DNA from: Casimicrobiaceae bacterium | GTDB lineage: Bacteria > Pseudomonadota > Gammaproteobacteria > Burkholderiales > Casimicrobiaceae | Direction: 5' to 3' | NCBI GenBank assembly: GCA_035717085.1 | Contig: DASTIY010000177.1 | Span: 1-59,313 of the forward strand | Length of the DNA stretch: 59,313 nt | In this document: positions 1 through 7,507 of the stretch, in pieces | Numbering within the stretch: position 1 is the first letter of the stretch | How the letters are laid out: every line of letters begins with the position of its first letter | Program-made: the position numbers and the translations under genes | Notes under the pieces: generated by a model | Database searches by the model: none | What the model saw: the letters and a program-made list of their open reading frames with translations, nothing else | Told to the model about the DNA's origin: nothing

Positions 1-409
1 TGAAAGCGCGCATATCGGTGCGTTCGAAGGTGACGAAGGTCAGCTGCTGCCGGTGTTCGCGCACCTTGGCGGCGATGATGGAGGTCACGCCCGGCTCGCG
101 CACGAGCGATTCATCGCCGCGGACGTGCGCGTCGCATACGACCTCGGCGACGCCATGCGTCCAGGGCAGTTCAAGGTGGCGATCGACGCGAAGCGGTTCG
201 TCGTCGCTCGACCGGTCCGAACGTTCGACGGCGACGATTCGCCTGCTTCGCGCGTCCGCCGTAATCACGCGGGAGGTCGACGCGCCGAGCGCGGCGTTCG
301 CCAGGCGCAACGCGAGTTGCCACGGCCGGATTCCCGCCGAAGCTTCGTACAAGGCGTGGAGCACCTCGTCGTCGACGCTCTCGCCGGTCCCCTGCAATGT
401 TTCGCGCAT
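1..409 (-). CDS. Putative sensor-LuxR-type regulator paralog, N-terminal part only (runs off left edge); not in ORF track
   Basis: Own translation from ATG 409: MRETLQGTGESVDDEVLHALYEASAGIRPWQLALRLANAALGA...LTFVTFERTDMRAF, open to the edge. The LYEA-x5-PW start resembles IYDAALAPEAW / IYDASLEPSRW of the two neighbours; GGGAG upstream. HTH not visible. Confidence 0.6.
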   Translation of the reverse strand, partial: MRETLQGTGESVDDEVLHALYEASAGIRPWQLALRLANAALGASTSRVITADARSRRIVAVERSDRSSDDEPLRVDRHLELPWTHGVAEVVCDAHVRGDESLVREPGVTSIIAAKVREHRQQLTFVTFERTDMRAF

Positions 410-528
410 CGCTGTTCAACGCTCCCGGCCGGCACTGGTGCGCGGCGGCCGCGCTTGCATCGTCGTTCAAGAATTCCTTGCGCTTCAAGCGACTGCGAGA
501 CGAGTCTGCCCGTCCGCGCGAACGCGGA

Positions 529-548
529 CATCATTCATTTGGTGGATG
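529..548. promoter_or_regulatory. Putative operator box, copy 1 (CATCATTCATTTGGTGGATG)
   Basis: Intergenic pseudo-palindrome CATC..GATG, 15/20 identical to 3091-3110. Confidence 0.5.
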
Positions 549-568
549 AAAAACGACGCTCGACGGGA

Positions 569-1726
569 TCAAGAACGGCCGGCGGGCGCCGGGCATCGCA
601 ACGACATCAGCACCCGGATCAGGTCCGCCTGCCGGTTCGTGCCGGTCTTTCGGAAGAGCTCGCCGAGTTGCGTGCGCGCCGTAGCCTCGGAGATGGCGCG
701 TGCCGCGGCCGCTTGCGCAACGGTCTGTCCGCGGCACAGAAGCTCCGCAAGGGCCGCTTCCGCAGGGGTCGTTCGATACAGATCTCGCATCGTCGCGATG
801 TCGAGTTCGTGGCGCTGATCGGGATCGGTGATGAACACCACCGCGGCAGCGTCGGCTGGAGCTGCGAAGGCCTGCGTCGTGCCGAGCGGCGCGGCTTGCA
901 GCACCAGCGGCGAGCGAGCGGAGGCTCGTGGCACGGCGACGGCGTCGGAGAAGTGCGGCACGGCGCGAAGGGAGCGATCGAACAGCGACAGCAGAATGCG
1001 CGACCACTCGGCGCGAGCGGCTTCGGTCGCAAAGGCGAAGCCGCCGTTGCGGCGCAAGCCGTCGCCTTCGTCGAGGATGCGCGCACCTTCGCGATTGACG
1101 TGCGCGATGCGGCCGCCGCGATCGAGCAGCGCCACACCGACCGGCAGCCGGTCGAGCGCGGCGAGCGACACGGCGACCTTGAGCTCGGCGTCGCGCAGCC
1201 TATACATGACGCCGAGCGCGCGCGACAGATGCGGCACGAGCAGGCGCATCGCGTCCTTCTCGTCGGCGCGATACGGCCGCCCGAGCTCGCGTGCTGCGCT
1301 GATGACCGTCGCCGGCGTATCGGACGGACGCATGTCGAACACCACGCCGCAGCAGAGCCGTCCGATCTCGAGGTGGCGCAAATGCTCGCGATAGATGCGC
1401 GACCGCACGAATTCTTCTTCCGGCACGAGGTCGTCGTCGGTGACGACGTTGCCCTCCCACATCAGTCCCTTGCCGACCCCGGAAGTCACCCACACATCGT
1501 CGTCCCGGTATTGCGTCGCCCACACGCGGTCGGCCGCTTCGGGGATGCCGATGGCGATGCCGAGGCCGCCCTTGTCGACCGGAAGCAGCGGCGTGAAAAG
1601 CTTCGCCTTCGAGTTGCCCATGAACGACGCGATGGCCTGCACGACGCCGGGCCACGCCTCCGGTGCCAACGCCGCGTCGTAGATGCGGTCGACGAGCTGG
1701 AGCATGGGATCGTTTGAAAGCTTCAT
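569..1726 (-). CDS. LuxR-family HTH transcriptional regulator with N-terminal GAF-like and PAS-like regions
   Basis: C-terminal HTH TPAEAALAELLCRGQTVAQAAAARAISEATARTQLGELFRKTGTNRQADL; PAS-like ALDRLPVGVALLDRGGRIAHVN; start ATG 1726 (or GTG 1738). Confidence 0.9.
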   Translation of the reverse strand: MKLSNDPMLQLVDRIYDAALAPEAWPGVVQAIASFMGNSKAKLFTPLLPVDKGGLGIAIGIPEAADRVWATQYRDDDVWVTSGVGKGLMWEGNVVTDDDLVPEEEFVRSRIYREHLRHLEIGRLCCGVVFDMRPSDTPATVISAARELGRPYRADEKDAMRLLVPHLSRALGVMYRLRDAELKVAVSLAALDRLPVGVALLDRGGRIAHVNREGARILDEGDGLRRNGGFAFATEAARAEWSRILLSLFDRSLRAVPHFSDAVAVPRASARSPLVLQAAPLGTTQAFAAPADAAAVVFITDPDQRHELDIATMRDLYRTTPAEAALAELLCRGQTVAQAAAARAISEATARTQLGELFRKTGTNRQADLIRVLMSLRCPAPAGRS

Positions 1727-1734
1727 CGTTACCT

Positions 1735-2931
1735 TCACCTCGGGTGATTGGAAGCGAGCGACGCCAGCAGCCGAACGAGCTCGGCCTGCCGGGTCGTTCC
1801 CGTCTTCTGGAAAATTGCCGCCAGTTGCGTTCGGGCCGTCGGCATGGCGATGCGATGGTGCCGCGCCGCTTCGGCGAGCGTCTCGCCGACGCCGATCGCG
1901 ATTGCGAGCCGGCTCTCCGCGGGCGTCAGCCGGTACAGGCGGCTAAGCGTCGTCGAATCGAGCCCGGCCGGTTCATTCGGGTCGTTGAGGAACACGATGA
2001 CGCGCGCGCGGCGGCCGTCCGCGTCGTACTCGTTGGCGCGCGGCAGCGCGGCGAATTGCAGCGTGAGACACGCATCGCCGGACGGACCGCGCACGGCGAC
2101 GCCGCGCGAGAAATGCCGCACGACGAGCGCGCGGTCGTCGAGGCATTCGCGGATCGCGGCGTCGATGCGCGTCTGCACGGACGCCTCGTGGGCGACGATC
2201 CTGCGGGACTCACCGCGAAGATGCGCCGAACGCAGAACGAGCGCGTTGCCGCGATTCAGCATCCGCTCGGCGCTGCGGTTCGCGAACACCGCATGGCCGC
2301 GCTCGTCGAGAAGTAGCACGCCGTGCGCGAGCCGGTCGAGCGCGGCGAGCGAAGACGCGACCGCCGACTCCGCGCCGCGCAGGCGGAACATTACGCCGAG
2401 CGCGCGGGAAAGATGCGGCACCAGCACGCGCATGCGCTCGCGTTCGCGCTCCGAGAACTTCGCATCGTCGATCGAGCGAAACGCGCTGCAGCGCGTCGGC
2501 GGGGCGCCGATCGACTGCGCGCCGAACACGACGGCGGTGCACAGCTGCCCGATGTCTTCGTGTTGCGCGAGTTCGCGATACGCCGCCGATCGGCGCAGTT
2601 GCGCGTCGGACGCGAGGTCGGTACCGAGTGCGACCGCGCCTTCCGCATCGAGGCCTTTCCTGCGCGCCCCCTGCGACCACGGGTCGCGCTCGCCGTAGCG
2701 CTCCTGCCAGCGCTCGAGGAACGCATCGGACAGGCGAAAGGGAAACATGAAGCGCTTCTCGCCGGCCGATGCCGGCGACGCGAATAGCACGCCTTTCGCC
2801 CCGCCGACGAACTCGACGATCGCGCCGATGACGTCGCTCCAGCGCGACGGCTCGAGTGACGCGTCGTAGATCTGGCCGATGAGGTCGAGCGCGTGCTTGC
2901 GCTCGTTACCTATCGAGCGCGCGTTCAGCAC
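1735..2931 (-). CDS. LuxR-family HTH transcriptional regulator (paralog of 569-1726)
   Basis: LTPAESRLAIAIGVGETLAEAARHHRIAMPTARTQLAAIFQKTGTTRQAEL; shares LVPHLSRALGVM and SLAALDRL with its neighbour; GGAGG upstream of GTG. Confidence 0.9.
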   Translation of the reverse strand: MLNARSIGNERKHALDLIGQIYDASLEPSRWSDVIGAIVEFVGGAKGVLFASPASAGEKRFMFPFRLSDAFLERWQERYGERDPWSQGARRKGLDAEGAVALGTDLASDAQLRRSAAYRELAQHEDIGQLCTAVVFGAQSIGAPPTRCSAFRSIDDAKFSERERERMRVLVPHLSRALGVMFRLRGAESAVASSLAALDRLAHGVLLLDERGHAVFANRSAERMLNRGNALVLRSAHLRGESRRIVAHEASVQTRIDAAIRECLDDRALVVRHFSRGVAVRGPSGDACLTLQFAALPRANEYDADGRRARVIVFLNDPNEPAGLDSTTLSRLYRLTPAESRLAIAIGVGETLAEAARHHRIAMPTARTQLAAIFQKTGTTRQAELVRLLASLASNHPR

Positions 2932-3090
2932 CGCCGACGCGCCTCCCCGTACGCGTCACCTGCGCTACGCATTGTTGTTGGCCTTCGGCTTCGTGTCCGA
3001 TTCTGCCGGCGCGCTTGTACTTGGGTACAAGAAATCGCGGCGATGATGACGCTAGCGTACGGCAGTTGCGACGAGTGCGGAAGGGGATGC

Positions 3091-3110
3091 CATCCCTCGT
3101 TTGGGCGATG
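3091..3110. promoter_or_regulatory. Putative operator box, copy 2 (CATCCCTCGTTTGGGCGATG)
   Basis: Pseudo-palindrome in the divergent intergenic region; matches 529-548. Confidence 0.5.
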
Positions 3111-3198
3111 CGCCGATGTCGAAAGGGCGCGTAATTTGCCGCTCGCAACGCGCTGCTATGTGCGGCGTGTGCACCTCGGCAACCCACAGGGGAGTGCA

Positions 3199-3396
3199 GT
3201 GAAGAACTATTCGGCAAGTGGAACGGCGCGGAGCGTGCGCCTCGCGCTAGCGGCCGCCCTCGCAATGGCCGTTCTACCTTCGGCGCATGCTGCGTCTTCC
3301 ACAAAAACGCTTCCGATCATCACGACGTTTGCCGCGGCCGATTCCGGCCTCACGCAGCCACCATCGGCTCAACCGTGGACTCGACGATCGACCTAA
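3199..3396 (+). CDS. Small secreted protein/peptide (65 aa; possibly frameshifted, alternative end 3437)
   Basis: GGGGAG RBS then GTG; signal peptide RSVRLALAAALAMAVLPSAHA with an AHA cleavage site. Confidence 0.55.
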   Translation: MKNYSASGTARSVRLALAAALAMAVLPSAHAASSTKTLPIITTFAAADSGLTQPPSAQPWTRRST

Positions 3397-3494
3397 CCGC
3401 ACTCTACCCCGGGCCGTTAACCCTCACATTGCCGTAAAACGGAAACCGTCGTCGGCATATCGGGATGCGGCGTTGTTCGCCGGACGATGAGGTG

Positions 3495-4235
3495 CTACCC
3501 GAGATAGGCCGCCTGCACACGCGGGTCGTCGCGAATATGCTGCGGCGACCCGTCCGCGATGATCGCGCCGCGATCGAGTACGAGCACGCGCTCGGCGAAG
3601 CCGAACACGATGTCCATGTCGTGCTCGGTGAAGAGCACCGACGCCGAATGTTCTCGCGCAAGCCCGAGGACACTGCCCATCAACGCACGCCGCGCGGCGG
3701 GCGCCATGCCCGCGGTCGGTTCGTCCATCAGCAAGAGCTTCGGTGCACCGATTAGCGCGAGCGCGATCTCCAATCGCTTGGCGTTGCCATAGGCGAGCGC
3801 ACCACAGTGCGCGTCGGCGATGTCGTCGATCTGCAGCCTGGCAAGATCGTCGTCGATCGCCGTGGAGCGCACCCGCAAGGGCGGTGCCATCACCCGCGCA
3901 TCACGCTTCGCTTTCGCAATCAGGGACAGCGCGACGGCTTCGCGCACGGTCATCGACGCGAACGTCGCCGGAATCTGAAACGTGCGAGCGATGCCGCGAT
4001 GCGCGATGGAGTGCGTCGGCTTGCCGACGACCGACGAACCGTCGAAGCGAATCTCGCCGGTGTCCGGCCGCAACTGCCCGTGGATCAGATTGAAGCAGGT
4101 CGTCTTGCCCGCGCCATTGGGCCCGATCATCGCCACGACCTCACCGGCCTTCACGCCGAACGACACGTCGCGCACGGCATCGACGCCGTCGAACGACTTG
4201 ACGAGATGCTCGACCAGGAGAAGCGGTTCGCTCAT
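3495..4235 (-). CDS. Branched-chain amino acid-type ABC ATPase (LivG-like)
   Basis: MSEPLLLVEHLVKSF, Walker A GPNGAGKTT, LLLMDEPTAG, C-terminal VQAAYLG; true start overlaps the permease stop. Confidence 0.92.
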   Translation of the reverse strand: MSEPLLLVEHLVKSFDGVDAVRDVSFGVKAGEVVAMIGPNGAGKTTCFNLIHGQLRPDTGEIRFDGSSVVGKPTHSIAHRGIARTFQIPATFASMTVREAVALSLIAKAKRDARVMAPPLRVRSTAIDDDLARLQIDDIADAHCGALAYGNAKRLEIALALIGAPKLLLMDEPTAGMAPAARRALMGSVLGLAREHSASVLFTEHDMDIVFGFAERVLVLDRGAIIADGSPQHIRDDPRVQAAYLG

Positions 4236-6127
4236 GAGCGAAAGCGCACGCGCGAGCGAAGGGTCTCGACCGCGCCGCCGATGCCGAACGGAAAGAGGCT
4301 CACGATCAGCAGGATCGCGATGCCGACGCCGGCGCGCCAGTAGTCGGTGTAGCGCGCCAGCACGTCGGAAAGCCAGGTGAACGCGATCGCGCCGAGCAAC
4401 GGCCCGAAGAGCGCGTTCATGCCGCCGAGCAGCATCATCACGAGCACGTCGACCGAGCGCGGAATCGACAGGGCATCCGGCGCCACACCTCCCTTCGAGA
4501 ACGCGAACAACGCACCCGCGAGGCCCGCGAATGCGCCGACGATCATCAGCCCCCTGATCCGCCGCGCACGCACGTCGACGCCGATCGCTTCCGCACGCAG
4601 CGCCGAATCGCGGGCACCGCGCAGCGCATAGCCGAACGGGGTGAAGGCGATGTGCGAAAGCGCAGCGAGCGCCAGCGCGACGACGACCAGCACGAAGAGG
4701 TAATAGCGCGTGCGGGCGCCGAGCCATTCGGGTGGCCACACGCCGATGATGCCGTTGGATCCGCCGGTCACGCTGTCCCACTGCACCGCGATCGACCAGA
4801 GGATCTGCGCGAACGCGAGCGTCAGCATCGCGAAGTAGATGCCCGACATCCGCACGCAAAGCGCCGCGAAGGCGAGGGCGGCGAGCGCCGCGACGAGCGG
4901 CCCGAGCACGAGCGCGACGCCGAACGGCACGCCGTGCGTCACCGCGAGCGCGACCGTGTACGCACCGAGTCCGAAAGAGGCGGCGTGGCCGAACGACGTC
5001 ATGCCGCCGTTGGCGACGATGAGCCGCAGGCTCGCAGTGAAGAGGGCGGCGACGAGGATGTCGGTCGCGAGCACGAGCAGATACTGATCGCCGAACGTGG
5101 GCAGCAGCAACGCGACGACGAGTAACACGATCGCGACGAGCGCGCTGCCTCGTCCGGGCCGTTGTACGAGCGCGCGCTCGATCGCGACGTTCGTCGTGGC
5201 CGGCGCCACCGACGGCCGTCCCAGCAATCCGGAAGGCCGCACGAGCAGGACGAGCGCCATCACGACGAACTCGATCACGAGCGTGACCCGCGGAAACGCG
5301 ATCGCGATCGGCCCGACGTCGACGGTGCCGGCGGCGATGCACAGCGCCTTGGTCACGCCGATGATGATCGCCCCGATGAACGCGCCGGGCACCGAACCGA
5401 GTCCGCCGAGCACGGTGACGACGAACGCGTCGGCGATGACGGAGAGATCCATGCCTAGGTTGGCCGGCTCGCGCGGCAACGTAAGTGCACCCGCGAGACC
5501 CGCGAGGAACGATCCGAGCGCGAACACCACCGTGAAGAGCGTTCGCTGGTCGATGCCGAGCGCCGCGGCGAGCACGCGATTCTCGGAGGCTGCGCGCAGG
5601 ACCATGCCGAAGCGGGTGCGCTGGATGAGGAGGGTGAGCAGCACGAGCACGACCGGTCCGATGACGAGCAGGAACAGGTCGTACTCGGGCACCGCGTGCC
5701 CGAACAACTCGACCACGCCGTCGAGCCCCGCGACGCGCGGGCCGAGGCGATCCTCGGGGCCCCACAGTGCGAGCGCCGCGTCGCGCACGATCAGGACGAC
5801 GCCGAACGTCGCGGTGAGCTGCAGGAGTTCGGGCGCCGGATAGAGGCGTTTCAGCAGGAAGATCTCGATCAGCGCGCCGAGCACGCCGACCGCGAGCGCC
5901 GTCGCGAGGACCGCGCCCACGAATCCCGCGGCGGAACCGGCGAACGCGCCGAAGATCGCGCCCGTCGTATACGCGACGTACGCGCCGAGCATGAAGAACG
6001 AGCCGTGCGCGAAGTTGACGATGCGCGTGACGCCGAAGATCAGCGTCAGGCCGGCCGAGATCAGGAAGAGCGACGAGGCGGACGCGAGACCGTTGAGAAG
6101 CTGGACGGCGAGCGAGGCGAGCGACAC
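4232..6127 (-). CDS. Fused LivH-LivM branched-chain amino acid ABC permease
   Basis: GLTLIFGVTRIVNFAHG (LivH) and SFGHAASFGLGAY / GIYFAMLTLAF (LivM) in one 631-aa ORF. Confidence 0.92.
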   Translation of the reverse strand: MSLASLAVQLLNGLASASSLFLISAGLTLIFGVTRIVNFAHGSFFMLGAYVAYTTGAIFGAFAGSAAGFVGAVLATALAVGVLGALIEIFLLKRLYPAPELLQLTATFGVVLIVRDAALALWGPEDRLGPRVAGLDGVVELFGHAVPEYDLFLLVIGPVVLVLLTLLIQRTRFGMVLRAASENRVLAAALGIDQRTLFTVVFALGSFLAGLAGALTLPREPANLGMDLSVIADAFVVTVLGGLGSVPGAFIGAIIIGVTKALCIAAGTVDVGPIAIAFPRVTLVIEFVVMALVLLVRPSGLLGRPSVAPATTNVAIERALVQRPGRGSALVAIVLLVVALLLPTFGDQYLLVLATDILVAALFTASLRLIVANGGMTSFGHAASFGLGAYTVALAVTHGVPFGVALVLGPLVAALAALAFAALCVRMSGIYFAMLTLAFAQILWSIAVQWDSVTGGSNGIIGVWPPEWLGARTRYYLFVLVVVALALAALSHIAFTPFGYALRGARDSALRAEAIGVDVRARRIRGLMIVGAFAGLAGALFAFSKGGVAPDALSIPRSVDVLVMMLLGGMNALFGPLLGAIAFTWLSDVLARYTDYWRAGVGIAILLIVSLFPFGIGGAVETLRSRVRFRS

Positions 6128-6145
6128 GCGGCGTACGCGCCGCGC

Positions 6146-7327
6146 TTATTGAGGGCGCAGCTTTCGCACGACGTCGTCGGGCGGCAGGAAATCCTTCCCG
6201 TTCGCGTAATGCCAGTCGACCATCACACCCTTGCCGTCACGCACTGCGGTGCGCCCGACGTAGGCGCCCATCGTCGACTGATGGTCGATCGCGCGATACA
6301 TGACCGACCCGAACGGCGTTTCGAACGTCAGGCCTTCCATCGCCGCGACGAGCTTCTCGGTGTCCGTCGAGCCTGCGCGCGCGATGGCCGCGACGGCCGA
6401 TTTCACCGTGCTGTAGCCCACCACCGAGCCGAGGCGCGGGTAGTCGTTGAACTTCGCCTGGTAGGCGGCGAGGAAGCGCTTGTGCTCCGGTGTCTCGATC
6501 GCGTACCAGGGGTAGCCGGTCACGTACCACCCGACGGGCGCCTCGGCCTTCAACGGATCGAGGTACTCGGGCTCACCGCCGAGAAGATTGAACACCGGCC
6601 GGCCCTTGAACAGGCCACGCAGTTCGCCTTCACGCACGAAGCGCGCGAGGTCGGGCCCGAACAGCGACGAAAAGATCGCGTCGGGCTTCGCGTCCTGCAG
6701 CGCCTGCACGACGGCGCCGGGCTCGATCTTGCCGAGCGGCACCGCCTGCTCGACGAATTCGAGATTGCCGCCCTGCTGCGCCTGCATCTGTTGCTTGAAC
6801 GTGGCGGTCGCCGCCTGGCCGTATTCGTAGTTCGGATACACGATCGCCCAGCGCGTCTTGCGGAGCTTCACCGCCTCCGGCACGAGCATCGCGGTCTGCA
6901 TGTACGTCGACGCGCGCAGCCGGAACGTGTACGCGTTGCCGTCCTCCCAGACGATCTTGTCGGTGAGCGGCTCGGCGGCGATGAAGAGGACGTGTCGGCG
7001 CTTGGCGAGGTCGGCGACGGCGAGGCCGATGTTCGATGCGAACGTGCCCATCAGCAGCGCGACGCGCTCGCGCGTCAAAAGCTCCTCGGCGACGCGGACC
7101 GCGTCGCCGGGTACACCGTTATCGTCGCGCGACACGACCTCGATCCTGCGTCCGAGCACCCCGCCCGCGGCATTGATTTCGTCGACCGCCAACTCCATAC
7201 CTTTGCGGTAGGGGTCGAGGAAGGCCGGAAATTGCTTGTATTCGTTGAGCTCGCCCAGGCGGATCGTCTGCGCGAGCGCGGGCGCCGCCAGGAAAAGGGC
7301 GAGCAGGATCGCGATTGGGCGTGCCAT
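6146..7327 (-). CDS. ABC substrate-binding protein, LivJ/K-like
   Basis: Signal peptide MARPIAILLALFLAAPALA; ELAVDEINAAGGVLGRRIEVVSRDD. Confidence 0.9.
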   Translation of the reverse strand: MARPIAILLALFLAAPALAQTIRLGELNEYKQFPAFLDPYRKGMELAVDEINAAGGVLGRRIEVVSRDDNGVPGDAVRVAEELLTRERVALLMGTFASNIGLAVADLAKRRHVLFIAAEPLTDKIVWEDGNAYTFRLRASTYMQTAMLVPEAVKLRKTRWAIVYPNYEYGQAATATFKQQMQAQQGGNLEFVEQAVPLGKIEPGAVVQALQDAKPDAIFSSLFGPDLARFVREGELRGLFKGRPVFNLLGGEPEYLDPLKAEAPVGWYVTGYPWYAIETPEHKRFLAAYQAKFNDYPRLGSVVGYSTVKSAVAAIARAGSTDTEKLVAAMEGLTFETPFGSVMYRAIDHQSTMGAYVGRTAVRDGKGVMVDWHYANGKDFLPPDDVVRKLRPQ

Positions 7328-7507
7328 GGGATTCCTCGCGCGGAGTCGGCGCTTCGATGGTATCAAACGTCGAATCGCGTGCGAATTCGCGCGCAAAGGC
7401 TTGATTTGCGATAAGGATATGTCCAGGACGCCCTTTGGGCAACGCGGCCCGAAACGATAAAATCGCATTTCCACGCCGCTTCCGCGCCCGCGGATTCACT
7501 CGATCAG

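Noticed and set aside
569-2931. AHL quorum-sensing luxR/luxI locus
   Set aside because: No luxI present, and the proteins are ~390 aa with a GAF/PAS-like rather than AHL-binding architecture
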